Shown here in pieces: positions 49,351-63,125 of a stretch of DNA of 64,000 nt. A program made the translations under genes and the position numbers. The stretch is from Octopus sinensis (lineage: Eukaryota). The stretch is taken from the NCBI RefSeq assembly GCF_006345805.1, contig NC_042999.1, positions 69,378,001-69,442,000 of the forward strand, given 5' to 3'. The notes under the pieces were generated by a model that worked only from the letters and a program-made list of their open reading frames with translations, searched no databases and was not told where the DNA came from. The first letter of the stretch is position 1; each line of letters begins with the position of its first letter.

Positions 49351-49929
49351 ATATGTTTACCAGTCAAGGGGAGAGAAATTCATTTAGTGGTGTTAAAACG
49401 AATTTCTTACTGTATTATATAAACATATACATATATAGATATGTTTAAGAGACAGAACCACCGACAAGCAACTCAACCAGTATTGAACGACATTATCTAT
49501 GATAGAGATATATGAGATTAAATATCATCAACTTAATATCTGCAATTACTATTCTGAATCATATATATTAGATAGACTACGCGCGTTTCAATATAACAAT
49601 ATAACAATCGATATTATTAAAATAGAAGGTCTCGTAATTCAATACTTTATCGATCTGACTACACTGCCAACCTTCCGGTCTGGATTATATAAAACTATTT
49701 TACTAATTACAACCTATATAGGAACATGATAATTAAAATTAAAGTTAAACGTTTAGAAATCATCGAAATAATTTATCTTTACTGAAAAATTAAAAATAGA
49801 AAATAGGGAATAGAAACTTTAACTTATCTTTTTGGTAAGTCCCATTACTCGCCGCGAATTAATCACGGCTACTGAATGAACCACGTACGTTGTTCATTCA
49901 GTAGCCATGATGTATATTTGGCAGAATTA

Positions 49930-50790
49930 GCTTTAATTTGTCTATCAAGGTACTCCTAGAAATGCTCGATGGGGTTCAAGTCGGGGCTTTGAGGTACTCA
50001 CCTGAGGGATTTGGTGCATGCGTTTCTTTCTAGAAATTTGAAACTTTGCTGATGAGCCATATTCTTGAAAAAGAAAAGTGTTCTTATCCATTTTACTCAT
50101 GTTGTAAATCAGAAGTCGTCCCTTTTCTAATATATTTCGGACCATCCAACAGGTTTTCCACGAAAATTAGCCCGGATTTCCCTCCAGCCAAGACCCCCCC
50201 CCCAACAAACACACATACACCGAACCATGACTCCAATCCCGCCATTTTTCACGGTAGTTTGCAAACATTCAACCTTCCAAGTTTCACTTTTGTCCTTCCA
50301 TACATAGACTTGCCTTGAACTCAAATACTGGCAAAACATACTTTCATCCGACCATACCACAGACTGCCAGAATTCATCTTCTTTATCCTTGTGCTCCCTA
50401 CTTTTTCCCCTTGTTGATGTCTGAAATCAACGGTTTCTTTCTTGCAATTCTTCTTTCCAATCCTAGTTCTTTTCTTACAGAGTATGGCGACATTTCGATG
50501 TTGTTTGCGACTTCTCTGATTCTAATTTGGCAGTGTCTGATGATTTCTCTCTTCAGTACCCGCTTTTCTCTATCCGAAACGATATTCGGCCTTCCAGAAC
50601 GAGGTTTCACACGACAATGTTCTTCTTCTTGAAACCTTTTGTCAATATTATTAACAGTCTAGTGATTTACCTCAAAATACTTTGCTATTTCTCTGTTCGA
50701 TGTTCCGCACTGATGCCATCCTATGTTTTGCCCTCGTTGAACTCGCTAATTGCTGCACTTTATTTTTCATTTTCGTTGTGAAATAACATT
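49930..50790 (-). mobile_element. Degraded Tc1 transposase
   Basis: KPRSGRPNIVSDREKRVL, RRIARKKPLIS, VWSDESMF, TTVKNGGIGVMV. Confidence 0.8.
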
Positions 50791-50818
50791 TGAAGAAGTT
50801 ATGTATCTGCTCAATATA

Positions 50819-50909
<91 letters not shown>

Positions 50910-51833
50910 AATTTGTTGTTGAAAATGCACCTGAATTGAAAACTTGTAATCGTTTGAAATGAATTTATTTACAATATACCAAACTAGTTTCAATCAACAT
51001 TTTTTGTTTATCAATGGTAAAAATTGAAGATATTAGAAAATCATCTTCGACACCTACACATGGTACACAGAGCACCCTTTTCATCCAACGTCGATTTTGA
51101 TGAAGAGTAAGCTAGTGTGCGGCACGAACATTTGATCACTATAAACGAATCGTTTTGTGAGAGTCGTTCGGCAAAAGGCTGAACGTTCATACGCCGTCTT
51201 CGACGGGAGAGTCCACTCATAATATGTGTGTGTGTTTATTGTATAGTGTGTGTGCGTTTATATGTAAAATGTGCGTGCCTCTGTGTATGTGTGTGTCATT
51301 CTGTCCGTCTGTTTGTCTGTCAGTCTGTGTGTGTAATAGATAAGATTCCTTGAAAGAATATCGATGAATGTGATCACTAGCGCCAGTGAGAAATTATATT
51401 GCAAGTTATGGTCGTGTGAAATTTAAATGGAGAACAGCTTTCACCACAGCACATCGATTGCCCTTATCAGAGAGGAGTCGAGAGACGAACCGAAGCAAGA
51501 CATCTGTGTCAAGAAAAAAAAAAACTTCTCTTAGCGATATACCAGGGCGAAGATTATGCATTGTTTCATTATCATTGGGTTTAGAGTACTGCAGACATCG
51601 AGCGAGGATTTCTAAATTTGCGTTTGCCATATGTACACATAGATGTGCGTCTTTTGTGGGGTGTGGTGGGGAGCAAAGTGAGAGAAATGGATCTACCTAT
51701 CTTTCTTTCTTCTTTCCTTCTTTTTCTTTTTCTTTCTTTCTCCTCTCTCTCTCTCTCTCTCTACATATATATTATATATATAATATATATATATAGATAT
51801 ATATTATATATATATATAATATATATATATATA

Positions 51834-52944
51834 ACGAAAGAAGGTTTGAAAATGCAATTCAAAAGATGTTTATTTACTTACCGGTTCACTCTTGGAAAAA
51901 GATTGTCAAAAGTAACATGTAGAAGTTTGTTGGTTAAATTATTGGTTGTTACAAATTGCTACGTTACATATATACAGTCTTTGGTAGCAGGGACATGTTA
52001 AGGACATAAAAAAGTTCAACAAGTTCCTTAAAATATTGGGCACAAAAGATTACTACATAATAATCGTTCTCAAGGACATGCTTAAGATAGTTTCCAGAAG
52101 GAATTGATATTGGTATTGGTATTGTATCTGTATATTCAAACATGCACAGAATATTGGTTGACACAGAGTACTACAATCCATATAAATATACATGCTTTGG
52201 TGACAGGAGCATGTTGAGAATATAAAAAAGTTTAACAAGCTCATTGAAATAATGGGCACAAAAAATTACAGCAAATATATTATACATTCTGAAGATAATT
52301 TCCAGAAGGAATTATTAAAAAAGTTCAGTATACACGTACAGAATATTATGAGTTCAAAAAGATTTACATTATAATAGTAGTGAAGCTAAAACTGACCTGT
52401 CCGATATAGACTGTCAAAGCAGCCTATGTAAAAATCCTCTCCGTCCGAGAGCTTCACTACTATTATAATGTAAATCTTTTTGAACTCATAATATTCTGTA
52501 CGTGTATACTGAACTTTTTTAATAATTCCTTCTGGAAATTATCTTCAGAATGTATAATATATTTGCTGTAATTTTTTGTGCCCATTATTTCAATGAGCTT
52601 GTTAAACTTTTTTATATTCTCAACATACTCTTGTCACCAAAGCATGTATATTTATATGGATTGTAATACTCTGTGTCAACCAATATTCTGTGCATGTTTG
52701 AATATACAGATACAATACCAATACCAATATCAATTCCTTCTGGAAACTATTTTAAGCATGTCCTTGAGAACGATTATTTATGTAGTAATCTTTTGTGCCC
52801 AATATTTTAAGGAACTTGTTGAACTTTTTTATGTCCTTAACATGTCCCTGTTACCAAGACTGTATGATGTAATATAGCAATTTGTAACAACCAATAATTA
52901 ACGCAACCAAACTTCTACATGTTACTTTTGACAATCTTTTCCAA
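51834..52944. mobile_element. Long fold-back element family H (554 bp left arm, 62 bp spacer), cut by the gap
   Basis: Left arm 51834-52387 is mirrored from 52450 onward; starts in (TA)n. Confidence 0.85.
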
Positions 52945-53044
52945 NNNNNNNNNNNNNNNNNNNNNNNNNNNNNNNNNNNNNNNNNNNNNNNNNNNNNNNN
53001 NNNNNNNNNNNNNNNNNNNNNNNNNNNNNNNNNNNNNNNNNNNN
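52945..53044. other. 100-N scaffold gap
   Basis: Exactly 100 N. Confidence 0.99.
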
Positions 53045-55030
53045 GAAATGAATTATTTACATATATACCAAACTAGTTTCAACAAATTTTTTTGTTTATC
53101 AATGGTAAAAATTGAAGATATTAGAAAATCATCTTCGACACCTGACACATGGTACACAGAGCACCTTTTCATCCAACGTCGATTTGATGAAGAGAGTAAG
53201 CTAGTGTGCGGCACGAACATTTGATCACTATAAACGAATCGTTTGTGGAGGTCGTTCGGCAAAAGGCTGAACGTTCATACGCCGTCTTCGACGGGAGAGT
53301 CCATCATAATATGTGTGTGTGTTTATATGTATAGTGTGTGTGCGTTTATATGTAAAATGTGCGTGCCTCTGTGTATGTGTGTGTCATTCTGTCCGTCTGT
53401 TTGTCTGTCAGTCTGTGTGTGTAATAGATAAGATTCCTGAAAGAATATCGATGAAGTGATCACTAGCGCCAGTGAGAAATTATATTGCAAGTTATGGTCG
53501 TGTGAAATTTAAATGGAGAACAGCTTTCACCACAGCACATCGATTGCCCTTATCAGAGAGGAGTCGAGAGACGAACCGAAGCAAGACATCTGTGTCAAGA
53601 AAAAAAAAAACTTCTCTTAGCGATATACCAGGGCGAAGATTATGCATTGTTTCATTATCATTGGGTTTAGAGTACTGCAGACATCGAGCGAGGATTTCTA
53701 AATTTGCGTTTGCCATATGTACACATAGATGTGCGTCTTTTGTGGGGTGTGGTGGGGAGCAAAGTGAGAGAAATGGATCTACCTATCTTTCTTTCTTCTT
53801 TCCTTCTTTTTCTTTTTCTTTCTTTCTCCTCTCTCTCTCTCTCTCTCTACATATATATTATATATATAATATATATATATAGATATATATTATATATATA
53901 TATAATATATATATATATAACGAAAGAAGGTTTGAAAATGCAATTCAAAAGATGTTTATTTACTTACCGGTTCACTCTTGGAAAAAGATTGTCAAAAGTA
54001 ACATGTAGAAGTTTGTTGGTTAAATTATTGGTTGTTACAAATTGCTACGTTACATATATACAGTCTTTGGTAGCAGGGACATGTTAAGGACATAAAAAAG
54101 TTCAACAAGTTCCTTAAAATATTGGGCACAAAAGATTACTACATAATAATCGTTCTCAAGGACATGCTTAAGATAGTTTCCAGAAGGAATTGATATTGGT
54201 ATTGGTATTGTATCTGGTATATTCAAACATGCACAGAATATTGGTTGACACGAGTACTACAATCCATATAAATATACATGCTTTGGTGACAGGAGCATGT
54301 TGAGAATATAAAAAAGTTTAACAAGCTCATTGAAATAATGGGCACAAAAAATTACAGCAAATATATTATACATTCTGAAGATAATTTCCAGAAGGAATTA
54401 TTAAAAAAGTTCAGTATACACGTACAGAATATTATGAGTTCAAAAAGATTTACATTATAATAGTAGTGAAGCTAAAACTGACCTCCGATATAGACTGTCA
54501 AAGCGCCTATGTAAAAAAATCCTCTCCGCCGAGAGCTTCACTACTATTATAATGTAAATCTTTTTGAACTCATAATATTCTGTACGTGTATACTGAACCT
54601 TTTTAATAATTCTTCTGGAAATTATCTTCAGAATGTATAATATATTTGCTGTAATTTTTGTGCCCATTATTTCAATGAGCTTGTTAAACTTTTTATATTC
54701 TCAACATACTCTTGTCACCAAAGCATGTATATTTATATGGATTGTAATACTCTGTGTCAACCAATATTCTGTGCATGTTTGAATGAAGATACAGATACAA
54801 TACCAATACCAATATCAATTCCTTCTGGAAACTATTTTAAGCATGTCCTTGAGAACGATTATTTATGTAGTAATCTTTTGTGCCCAATATTTTAAGGAAC
54901 TTGTTGAACTTTTTTATGTCCTTAACATGTCCCTGTTACCAAAGACTGTATGATGTAATATAGCAATTTGTAACAACCAATAATTAACGCAACCAAACTT
55001 CTACATGTTACTTTTGACAATCTTTTCCAA
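53045..55030 (+). repeat. About 2 kb direct duplicate of 50956-52944 across the gap (probable assembly artefact)
   Basis: Near-identical; differences are mostly single-base indels. Confidence 0.85.
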
Positions 55031-55132
55031 AGAGTGAAACCGGTTAAAGTAAATAAACATCTTTTGAATTGCATTTTCAAACCTTCTTTCGTATATAATT
55101 CCACTCGTGCGGTACCCCACAACTCCCTTGTT
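53920..55132. mobile_element. Complete copy of the long fold-back element H (about 1.2 kb) between TA tracts
   Basis: Arms 53920-54473 and 54534-55092; right terminal extension matches the left end of the 38985 copy. Confidence 0.85.
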
Positions 55133-55266
55133 ATATATATAATATATATATATATATATAGATATATATATATATAATATATAGATACACCACACGTCTC
55201 TGTATTATATACATATTTACATTTATATATTACATATACTTTGCTCGTTAAAGATATATATGTATA

Positions 55267-55340
<74 letters not shown>

Positions 55341-56419
55341 TATATATATATATATATTACATATATATAATATATATATATTATAATATATATAAATATA
55401 TTAATGTATATATATATATATAGATATATATATATATATGCATAGCTACATACCTACATATATATGCATATACACATGCATATAAGGGTATAAGACGTCA
55501 AACAAAAAACATGGAAAACGAATTTTTTCGAACAACGAAAGAAACAAATAGAGAAACAAGACAGGCAACATAAAGAACATTCTCTTCATCAGTTGTCCCC
55601 TGTTTTATCTACTCCGCGTTTTGAACTTAGGGACAAGACGCGACTCCGTTAAAAGAGTCGTTCCTGCAAAGCAAATTTTAAAAATTGGAGATTTGCGGAG
55701 GGTTAAAGTGGTGAAAAAAAACCCCAGAACAGTTAGAACAAAACAGTAAAAACAAACTGTAAGGGCTGCTAAGCCATAACGAGGTGAAGTGGTGAACACT
55801 GGAGAAACGAGCTTTGAGATGAGACAGGCAAAGCACGTCTTCGCTTTAGGAAGGAAGTGGAAGAAAGATAGATAGCCGTTGGTCACATGTGAGCAACAAG
55901 AGTCAAGGAAGAAGATGGAGGGAGAGAGGGGAACGGTGAAGGGGAGAGGAGAGAATTAGAGAAAGGGCGGGAGAGAAAAACAGAAAAGAAGAACAAGAGA
56001 GGTAGATAGAATAGAGGTAGGTTGTAGAGTGCGCATCGGAATTATTACGATAAAACTAACTTGGAAATCGATGCGTGGCGTTCGATCTTATAATAATATA
56101 AATAATATATATATATATATATGTACATACCTACATATATATGTATATATACATACATATTTGGGTACAGGACATCAAAAAACACGTGAACAAAATGAGA
56201 AACGAGAACATAAGTACCAAAAACATGGTAAGAAACAACTAGAGAAACGAGTCAAGCAACATAAAGAAACATTCCCTTCATCAGTTATTTTCTTCTCACT
56301 GTCCTGTTTTTGTTACCACTTTAACCCTCTGCAAATCCCAAATTTGTTTAATTTGCTTTGCGGGAACGACTGTTTTAGCGAAGTCGCGTTTTGTCCCTAC
56401 GTTCGAAACGCGGAGTAGA

Positions 56420-56492
56420 TAAAACAGGGGACGTAAATACACCAACATCGATGGTCAAGCGATGGGGGTGGGACAAATACAAACATATATAT

Positions 56493-56530
<38 letters not shown>

Positions 56531-56895
56531 ACATACATATATATATATATTCTGAGTCGTCCAATGGATCATAATGTAATCTTTGTATTGTCCTTTGTGC
56601 ACCCTGAGGATTTTCCTTCCAAAGTATTTTAAAATGCAAAATTATATATTTATATGTTTCGTAGTTTTTATTCTGGATGTGAAATGAAACAATTGTAGGT
56701 GAACATGTTAATTAATTAATCGATTAATCTGTATTGATTAAATCTCTCTGTTTTCAAACTTAATTATATCCATTCACAAGGTTTTGGTCGGCCCGATGCT
56801 ATTGTAGAAGACATTTGCTCAAGGTGTCATGCAGTGGGACTGAACCCGAAACCATGCGGTTGGAAAGCAAGCTTCTTACCGCACAGCCACGCCTA
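56420..56895 (-). mobile_element. SINE family B split by an AT-rich insert of about 290 bp
   Basis: B middle part at 56420-56480, head at 56770-56895. Confidence 0.7.
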
Positions 56896-57185
56896 AGGGT
56901 GTATAATTCTCCATTCTTTTCCATGATGTCTTGGTTATATACTCTATATTCTGTATGAAATTCACATGAAGTGACGGGATTTCCTTATCCAGCGAAGTAC
57001 TGTTTAATTATCTATCTTAAAATATTTCTGTATACACCGTCATTCGATTCGGTTAGACAGATCTAGATTAAATCACAGCGCTACTAAAGTACCTGCTCGA
57101 ATTCCAAATCCTTATTTCTTTATGATGCATGTGTATGTAGAGTATATATATATATATAGATATATATATATATTATATATTATAT

Positions 57186-57253
<68 letters not shown>

Positions 57254-57435
57254 TCGTTAGCTACTACACACATTTTTTTCTCTCCTTGTTTTTTTTTTCT
57301 GTGTATCTTTCTGTAGAAGAGTGTAGGCTCAAAACGTAAAAGACTTTTTTCTATTCCTGAGCGCTATACTAATACATCTGTTTGTTTGTACACCACCTGC
57401 CTTCGTCTTTTGTTTATTTTCGTAAACTTTCCCTT

Positions 57436-57467
<32 letters not shown>

Positions 57468-58105
57468 ATATATTTCATTATATTATATGAGACGAATTGG
57501 TTTCTAAAAGACCCAAAGAGTGGCAAGTAACGCTAAGTAAGTGCTATGGACAGAGCATAGTTAAATTCTTGGTTCGATAATGATACGAGTGAGGAGTCTA
57601 ATGTGAGTCTTGTATTAGCATGGATATATATATTATATTATACTATATTATATTACATTATATTATGTTATATTATAAGAGTTGTAGAGTATATAAAAAT
57701 ATTTTTACAAAGTGCAACATTATCTGATACACAACACAATACAGTGAATGGAGTAGACAGATATATTCAAGATATGAAAAGTTGACAGTCAACTCCGAGT
57801 TTTGCCCACACCTACAAACACAGTATGTCCCTGTTTTAAATCTGAATCCAGAATGATATTTAACATTTAACAAACCACTCACCAACTTGTAAATAACACC
57901 CAACTAACTTTAAGGATATTACGAAACCCGTCTTTCTACCTCATAGTCGCGATCAACAGCGGGTGGGCCGCTAAGAAGACTGTCAACTTTTAACACACAC
58001 AAACGCATAACACACAACACTCACATACATAGACACGCTATGTACGTGTGTGTATGTATGTATAATTATATATATAATATATATATAATATATATATATT
58101 ATATA

Positions 58106-58142
<37 letters not shown>

Positions 58143-58147
<5 letters not shown>

Positions 58148-58401
58148 AAAGGGCTTAGTAAAATAAATTACTTTGCCGCATACTGAACTCATTAGAAATA
58201 GCAGCTAAAAAACTTTTTTAAGGCTATTTCTAATACTAAAGAAAATCTCTCTCATATATAGTGTTTGCTTAATTAAGCAAACACTATATATGAGAGAGAT
58301 TTTCTTTAAGTATTAGAAATAGCCTTAAAAAAGTTTTTAGCTGCTATTCTAATGAGTTCAGTATGCGGCAAAGTAATTTATTTTACTAAGCCCTTTATAT
58401 A
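58143..58401. repeat. Zero-spacer palindrome of about 260 bp in (TA)n
   Basis: Centre GCTTAA|TTAAGC at 58272/58273; arms differ only by a few single-base indels. Confidence 0.9.
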
Positions 58402-58519
58402 TGTAATAATTTGAATTCGCCTTGAATGGTCCCTTTGCATACTGAACACTTGGTGAAATTGATTAATAATTAATTAATTTTGCCCTCAATTGTTGAAATA
58501 TATATATTATATATATAAT

Positions 58520-58666
58520 TTATTATATAGAAGGAGCTTCTACAGGACTAGAACTGTTTCATTCAAGAGAAATCTTCAGGAAGATTATTATTATTATTAT
58601 TATTTTTACTCTGCTATGTATTGAGTACCTTATTTACTGTGGTTAACCCCGAATCAACCCGGGACC

Positions 58667-58670
<4 letters not shown>
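58520..58670. mobile_element. Rearranged 5' end of the 41 kb PLE: hammerhead segment plus inverted adjacent segment
   Basis: 58520-58583 matches 41320-41386 in the same orientation; about 58603-58670 is the reverse complement of about 41250-41316. Confidence 0.8.
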
Positions 58671-58700
<30 letters not shown>

Positions 58701-58848
58701 CATATATGTATATACATAAGTATACCTATATAGGTATATACATATTTATAATCGTTAAAGAGGACAGCGATCCGTTACACCACTTACCTAGAGTACCTAA
58801 TCGCTTAGATCACTTGTGAACTAACCCCACCCCTACTTTTTTATGCAT

Positions 58849-58882
<34 letters not shown>

Positions 58883-58957
58883 GTAGGTAGATAGATAGAT
58901 AGATAAACTTACTTGGAAATGGATGCGTGGCGTTCAAGCATATAATAATGTAAATAA

Positions 58958-59044
<87 letters not shown>

Positions 59045-59287
59045 ATATATACATATATATATATATGCATATATACATACATATATGTACATACTTACAT
59101 ATATATGTATATATATATGTGGTATATGGGTACAGGACGTCACAAAACATAAACAACATGAAATACGAAAACATGGAATACGAACTGTTTTATGCGAGCA
59201 ACGAAAGAAACAATTGGAAAAATGAGACAAGTAACATAAAGAACGACCATTCATCAGCTGTCAGCTATATATATATATATATATATA

Positions 59288-59382
<95 letters not shown>

Positions 59383-59469
59383 TATATAGAAGCATTATTG
59401 TTCCAAATCTTGCAATGAGAGATATTTAGTAGCATTACTTTAAAGTAAAAGTTATTTGCCAACCTAATG

Positions 59470-59735
59470 TGGCAGTCCCGTTTGGGACGAATACTACTGT
59501 TGTTTAGCCCCAGGAGACATCACCTCGAGCTGGTTATACGACACACAATCTGTGTCCTTATATTTTCGAACAGAGGAGATTAGCACCCCCACCCAGCACA
59601 AAGCAGCACAGTTTCAAGGTTATTTCCCTTCGTCGACGCAGAATAACTCCTTGGCTGAGATGACGCTGCTAAAACCTCGTCTCAGCGATGGGCGAATCAC
59701 TGACAGATGTACTCATAATTATAATAATTCTTTCC
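59470..59735 (+). mobile_element. Retroposon 3'UTR-like fragment with (AAT) tail, unclassified
   Basis: GC-richer body ending gatgtactcataattataataat. Confidence 0.45.
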
Positions 59736-60194
59736 AACACGTCCATAAGTCACAAATGACTGGAAGAGGGTACAGTCGATTTAATTGGTCCTCAAACTAT
59801 ACTTTATAGATGACCACCGAAGACTAAAAAGAACAAGGTCGATTCTGTTAATATTTCAACACAAAACTTGAGATGCATCAGTATTTCGCCCTCTAATCCA
59901 CTGTTTCCGCCATTTTGCTTAGATGGCTAAAAACCTGTAGACAAGTATGAATAAAATTTCTGGAAGTGAAATAGTAGCAGTAACGTCATGCGAAACAGTT
60001 AACCTTAATAGCATAACGTAATGATAATTGTGCAGACGTGCATGGCTGACTGTACATGAAAGAATGGGAAATATTGTTGATATAACTTTAATGACTTTTA
60101 ACTAACGATGAACTTTACATTCGTGTGTGTGTGTAATATAAGTATATATTGTAGAACGTATATTTTATATATACATACATAAATACGTACGTAA

Positions 60195-62185
60195 TCTGGT
60201 TGACTGACCAAGCAGTTCCCGTTGGGCTTCCCAAAAAGAAGAAACACAAGTCCTGGGTGATGACGAAGGTTAAACGAGAACTTCGACTCAGAGATATTGC
60301 TTGGGCTGAATTCAAAAATCTAGATTCGACTGCGGCTTTTGAGGTGTACAAAACTCAACGAGACCGAGCCGTGAAAATTGAAAAGGAAGAGCGCTTCAGA
60401 TATGAATACAGAATCGCGGCAAACGCCAGTCGCAATCCAAAAACCTTCTTTGTCCATGTCCAACGGAATTCCCGCTTGAACAACCAAATTGCAACTTTGG
60501 TAGACTCAACAGGCGTATCGATTGAGGACCCTTATCAACAGAGTCAATTATTTTCCGAGGCTTTTTCAACAATTGTCAAACAAGATGATGGTCGTGAACC
60601 CCCTCCAGTTGATAGATCGGTACCTCCAACGCCTAGATTGGACATCACTCGGGACGAAGTCGAACGCGTTATTCAAGGCCTCGATGTCAACAAAGGTCAC
60701 GGCCCTGACGGCATACACCCACAGGTTATCAAAGCGTTGGCTCTGGTCATCTGCGAACCTTTAACACTTCTATTCAATATGTCATTGGCGACGGGTGTTA
60801 TACCTGCGGACTGGAGAACAGCGATAATCTGCCCAATTTTCAAGAAAGGGAGCCGCGAAGACCCGCTTAACAACCGACCGGTTTCCCTTACTTCAATATT
60901 CAGCAAGATGTTCGAAACCATCCTTAAGAAAAGTATGTTGCTCCACCTCCAAAACACAGCCTCTATCTCTGATTCCCAACACGGCTTCGTGCCGAAGAGA
61001 TCATGCTTCACCAACTTACTGGTAATGGAAGAATTGGTGACGCGTATCCTGGATGATGGTGATGCTGTGGACATCGTTTTATTGGACTTTGCCAAAGCTT
61101 TTGACTCGGTTAACCACCGCCTATTACTTGTCAAGCTTCAAGCATATAGTTTCCATCCGGATATTGTACGATGGGTTGGTGCCTTCCTCTCAGATCGCTC
61201 CTTCCAAGTCCAAGTTCACTGTCCGACGTCTCCAGTGCGAGCAGTGGCGTGCCTCAGGGTTCAGTGCTCGGGCCCTTATTGTTTTTAGTCTTCATAAATG
61301 ACTTGCCCGACGACCTCACGCAACACACCCTTCTATTTGCCGATGATGTCAAATTGGTCGCTCCTCGCGGTGATATAGATGATCTTCGTCGATGCCTCCA
61401 CCAAGTTTGGAGATGGACTAACGAATGGGACCTGTGTCTGAACGTGTCAAAGTGCTGTCATCTGCCTGTTGGGTCGTCTGCTGCTGGAGAGGACCGACCA
61501 GGTAAAGGACCTGGGTATCTTGGTGGATTCTTCTTTTTCGCCTTCGGCCCAGTGCATCCATGCTGCCAACAAAGCATTCGGAGTTCTGTTTTTGATTCGA
61601 CGGTCATTCGGAATGCTCACAGCAGCCATATTCCTACCGCTATATGTCACGCTGGTGAGACCCATATTGGAGTACGGGATTCAAGCCTCTTCTCCTTATC
61701 TCCTCAAAGACGTACATCATCTCGAAAGAGTCCAGAAGCTGGCTACCTGCATGGTTCTTGATCTCAAGCATTTGTCTTATGAAGAAAGGCTGAAGACGCT
61801 CGACCTTTATTCTCTAGAAAAACGACGACGCCGTGGTGATCTCATTCTTGCTCACAACATCATAAGCGGAAAGTGTAACCTCTCGAAAGAGCTGTTCTTC
61901 ACTCCTGCTTCAGAGCGTCGGCTGCGGAGTCACTCCGAAAAGCTCTATCTGCGACGATTTCATCTCAATCGAAGGAGAGGGGCTTTCTCCGTCCGGGTTG
62001 CGGATCCGTGGAATAAGCTGCCGGACGAGATAGTGAAGATGCCGACGACCGCTCGGTTCAAAGTCTCTCTTGACCAGAAATGGCCTGAACTCTTTGCATG
62101 AACACCCTCCCTGTACATAACTCCATGCCCCCCTACATGGCCTTGCTTTTTGCTTTTTGAGCCAAAAAAATTAACTTAACTCAAC
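60195..62185 (+). mobile_element. CR1-clade LINE ORF2 (RT), 5'-truncated, two apparent frameshifts, (TTAAC)n tail
   Basis: GPDGIHP, PADWRTAIICPIFKKG, RPVSLTS, QHGFVPKRSCFTNL, LDFAKAFDSVNH, SGVPQGSVLGPLLF, LFADDVKL, LERVQKLAT, RRRRGDLI, WNKLP. Confidence 0.95.
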
Positions 62186-62186
62186 T

Positions 62187-62277
<91 letters not shown>

Positions 62278-62289
62278 CTGGCCAAAAAT

Positions 62290-63125
62290 TTGGAAAGAAA
62301 AATGGAATTTCAACCAGAATACAACAGAGAGAGAATACTGTACTAACACTAACAGTAAAACATACAAAATTGATAAGAGACAATTTTCGCTATAGTAACA
62401 GGCAAACTGCAGAGCCTGAAGGCTCCTGGAAGGGACCTAATAGTTGGATATTGGTATAAGAAGCTGACATTTTATAGAAACTAATTGATATGTATGTTCA
62501 AAAGGACTATGGAAGGTCAGACTGGCTTGCTACAGCAAGGACAAATCTTGTTGCCAAAAATGAAATCACCGAGATGGCAGGAGACTACAGGCCCGTTGGT
62601 TGCCTAAACATTATGTACAAACTACACAAGTTACCTCAACCAATTCCTCCAGGACCATTGTGAGTCGAACAATATTGTGACTGAAGAACAAGCTGGTGGA
62701 AAGAAGGGAGTGTGGAGTTGTGTCAAACAGCTTTTAATAAACGAAGCTATATTGTCTGAAGTAAGAAAACAGCGTAGAAACCGTGTTACAATATGACTTG
62801 ACTATAAGAAGGCATTCGACTCTATCCCTCATTCATGGTTGTTGGAGTGCTTACACCTGGCAAAGGTATCCACCACTCTAATTGCTGCTATAGGGAGACT
62901 CACAAATGCATGGACAACTATTCTTACCATTACAATTGCGAACAGAATAATTGTGTCTAATAGTATAGGCATTACAAAGGGGATATTCCAGGGAGATAGT
63001 CTTTCTGTACTTCTTTTCATTTTGGCACTGAATCTATTATCGTTCCTACTGCAGAAAACAAATGGTTACATGCTAGAATCTTCAACTGCTAGAAATATCA
63101 ATGTAATTCATAATTTCTTTGAAGA
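62290..63125 (+). mobile_element. R4/Dong-like LINE RT fragment
   Basis: GQILLPKN, DYRPVGCLNIMYK, EEQAGGKKG, LDYKKAFDSIPHSWL, KGIFQGDSLSVLLFILALN. Confidence 0.85.

Noticed and set aside
51386-51796. 136 aa and 74 aa ORFs present twice (also 53472-53882)
   Set aside because: No recognisable domain; recurrence is explained by the duplication across the gap.
52388-52449. Hairpin centre as a missed sequencing adapter
   Set aside because: Only faint resemblance. The arms carry substitutions reproduced in both copies and a related natural fold-back exists at 38985.
56395-56435. Possible type II hammerhead in family G (GAAAC..CTGATGA)
   Set aside because: Stems I and II cannot be paired.
60697-61134. 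Antisense ORFs over the CR1 and PLE RTs (also 40471-40827, 44861-45115)
   Set aside because: Shadow frames of RT coding sequence.
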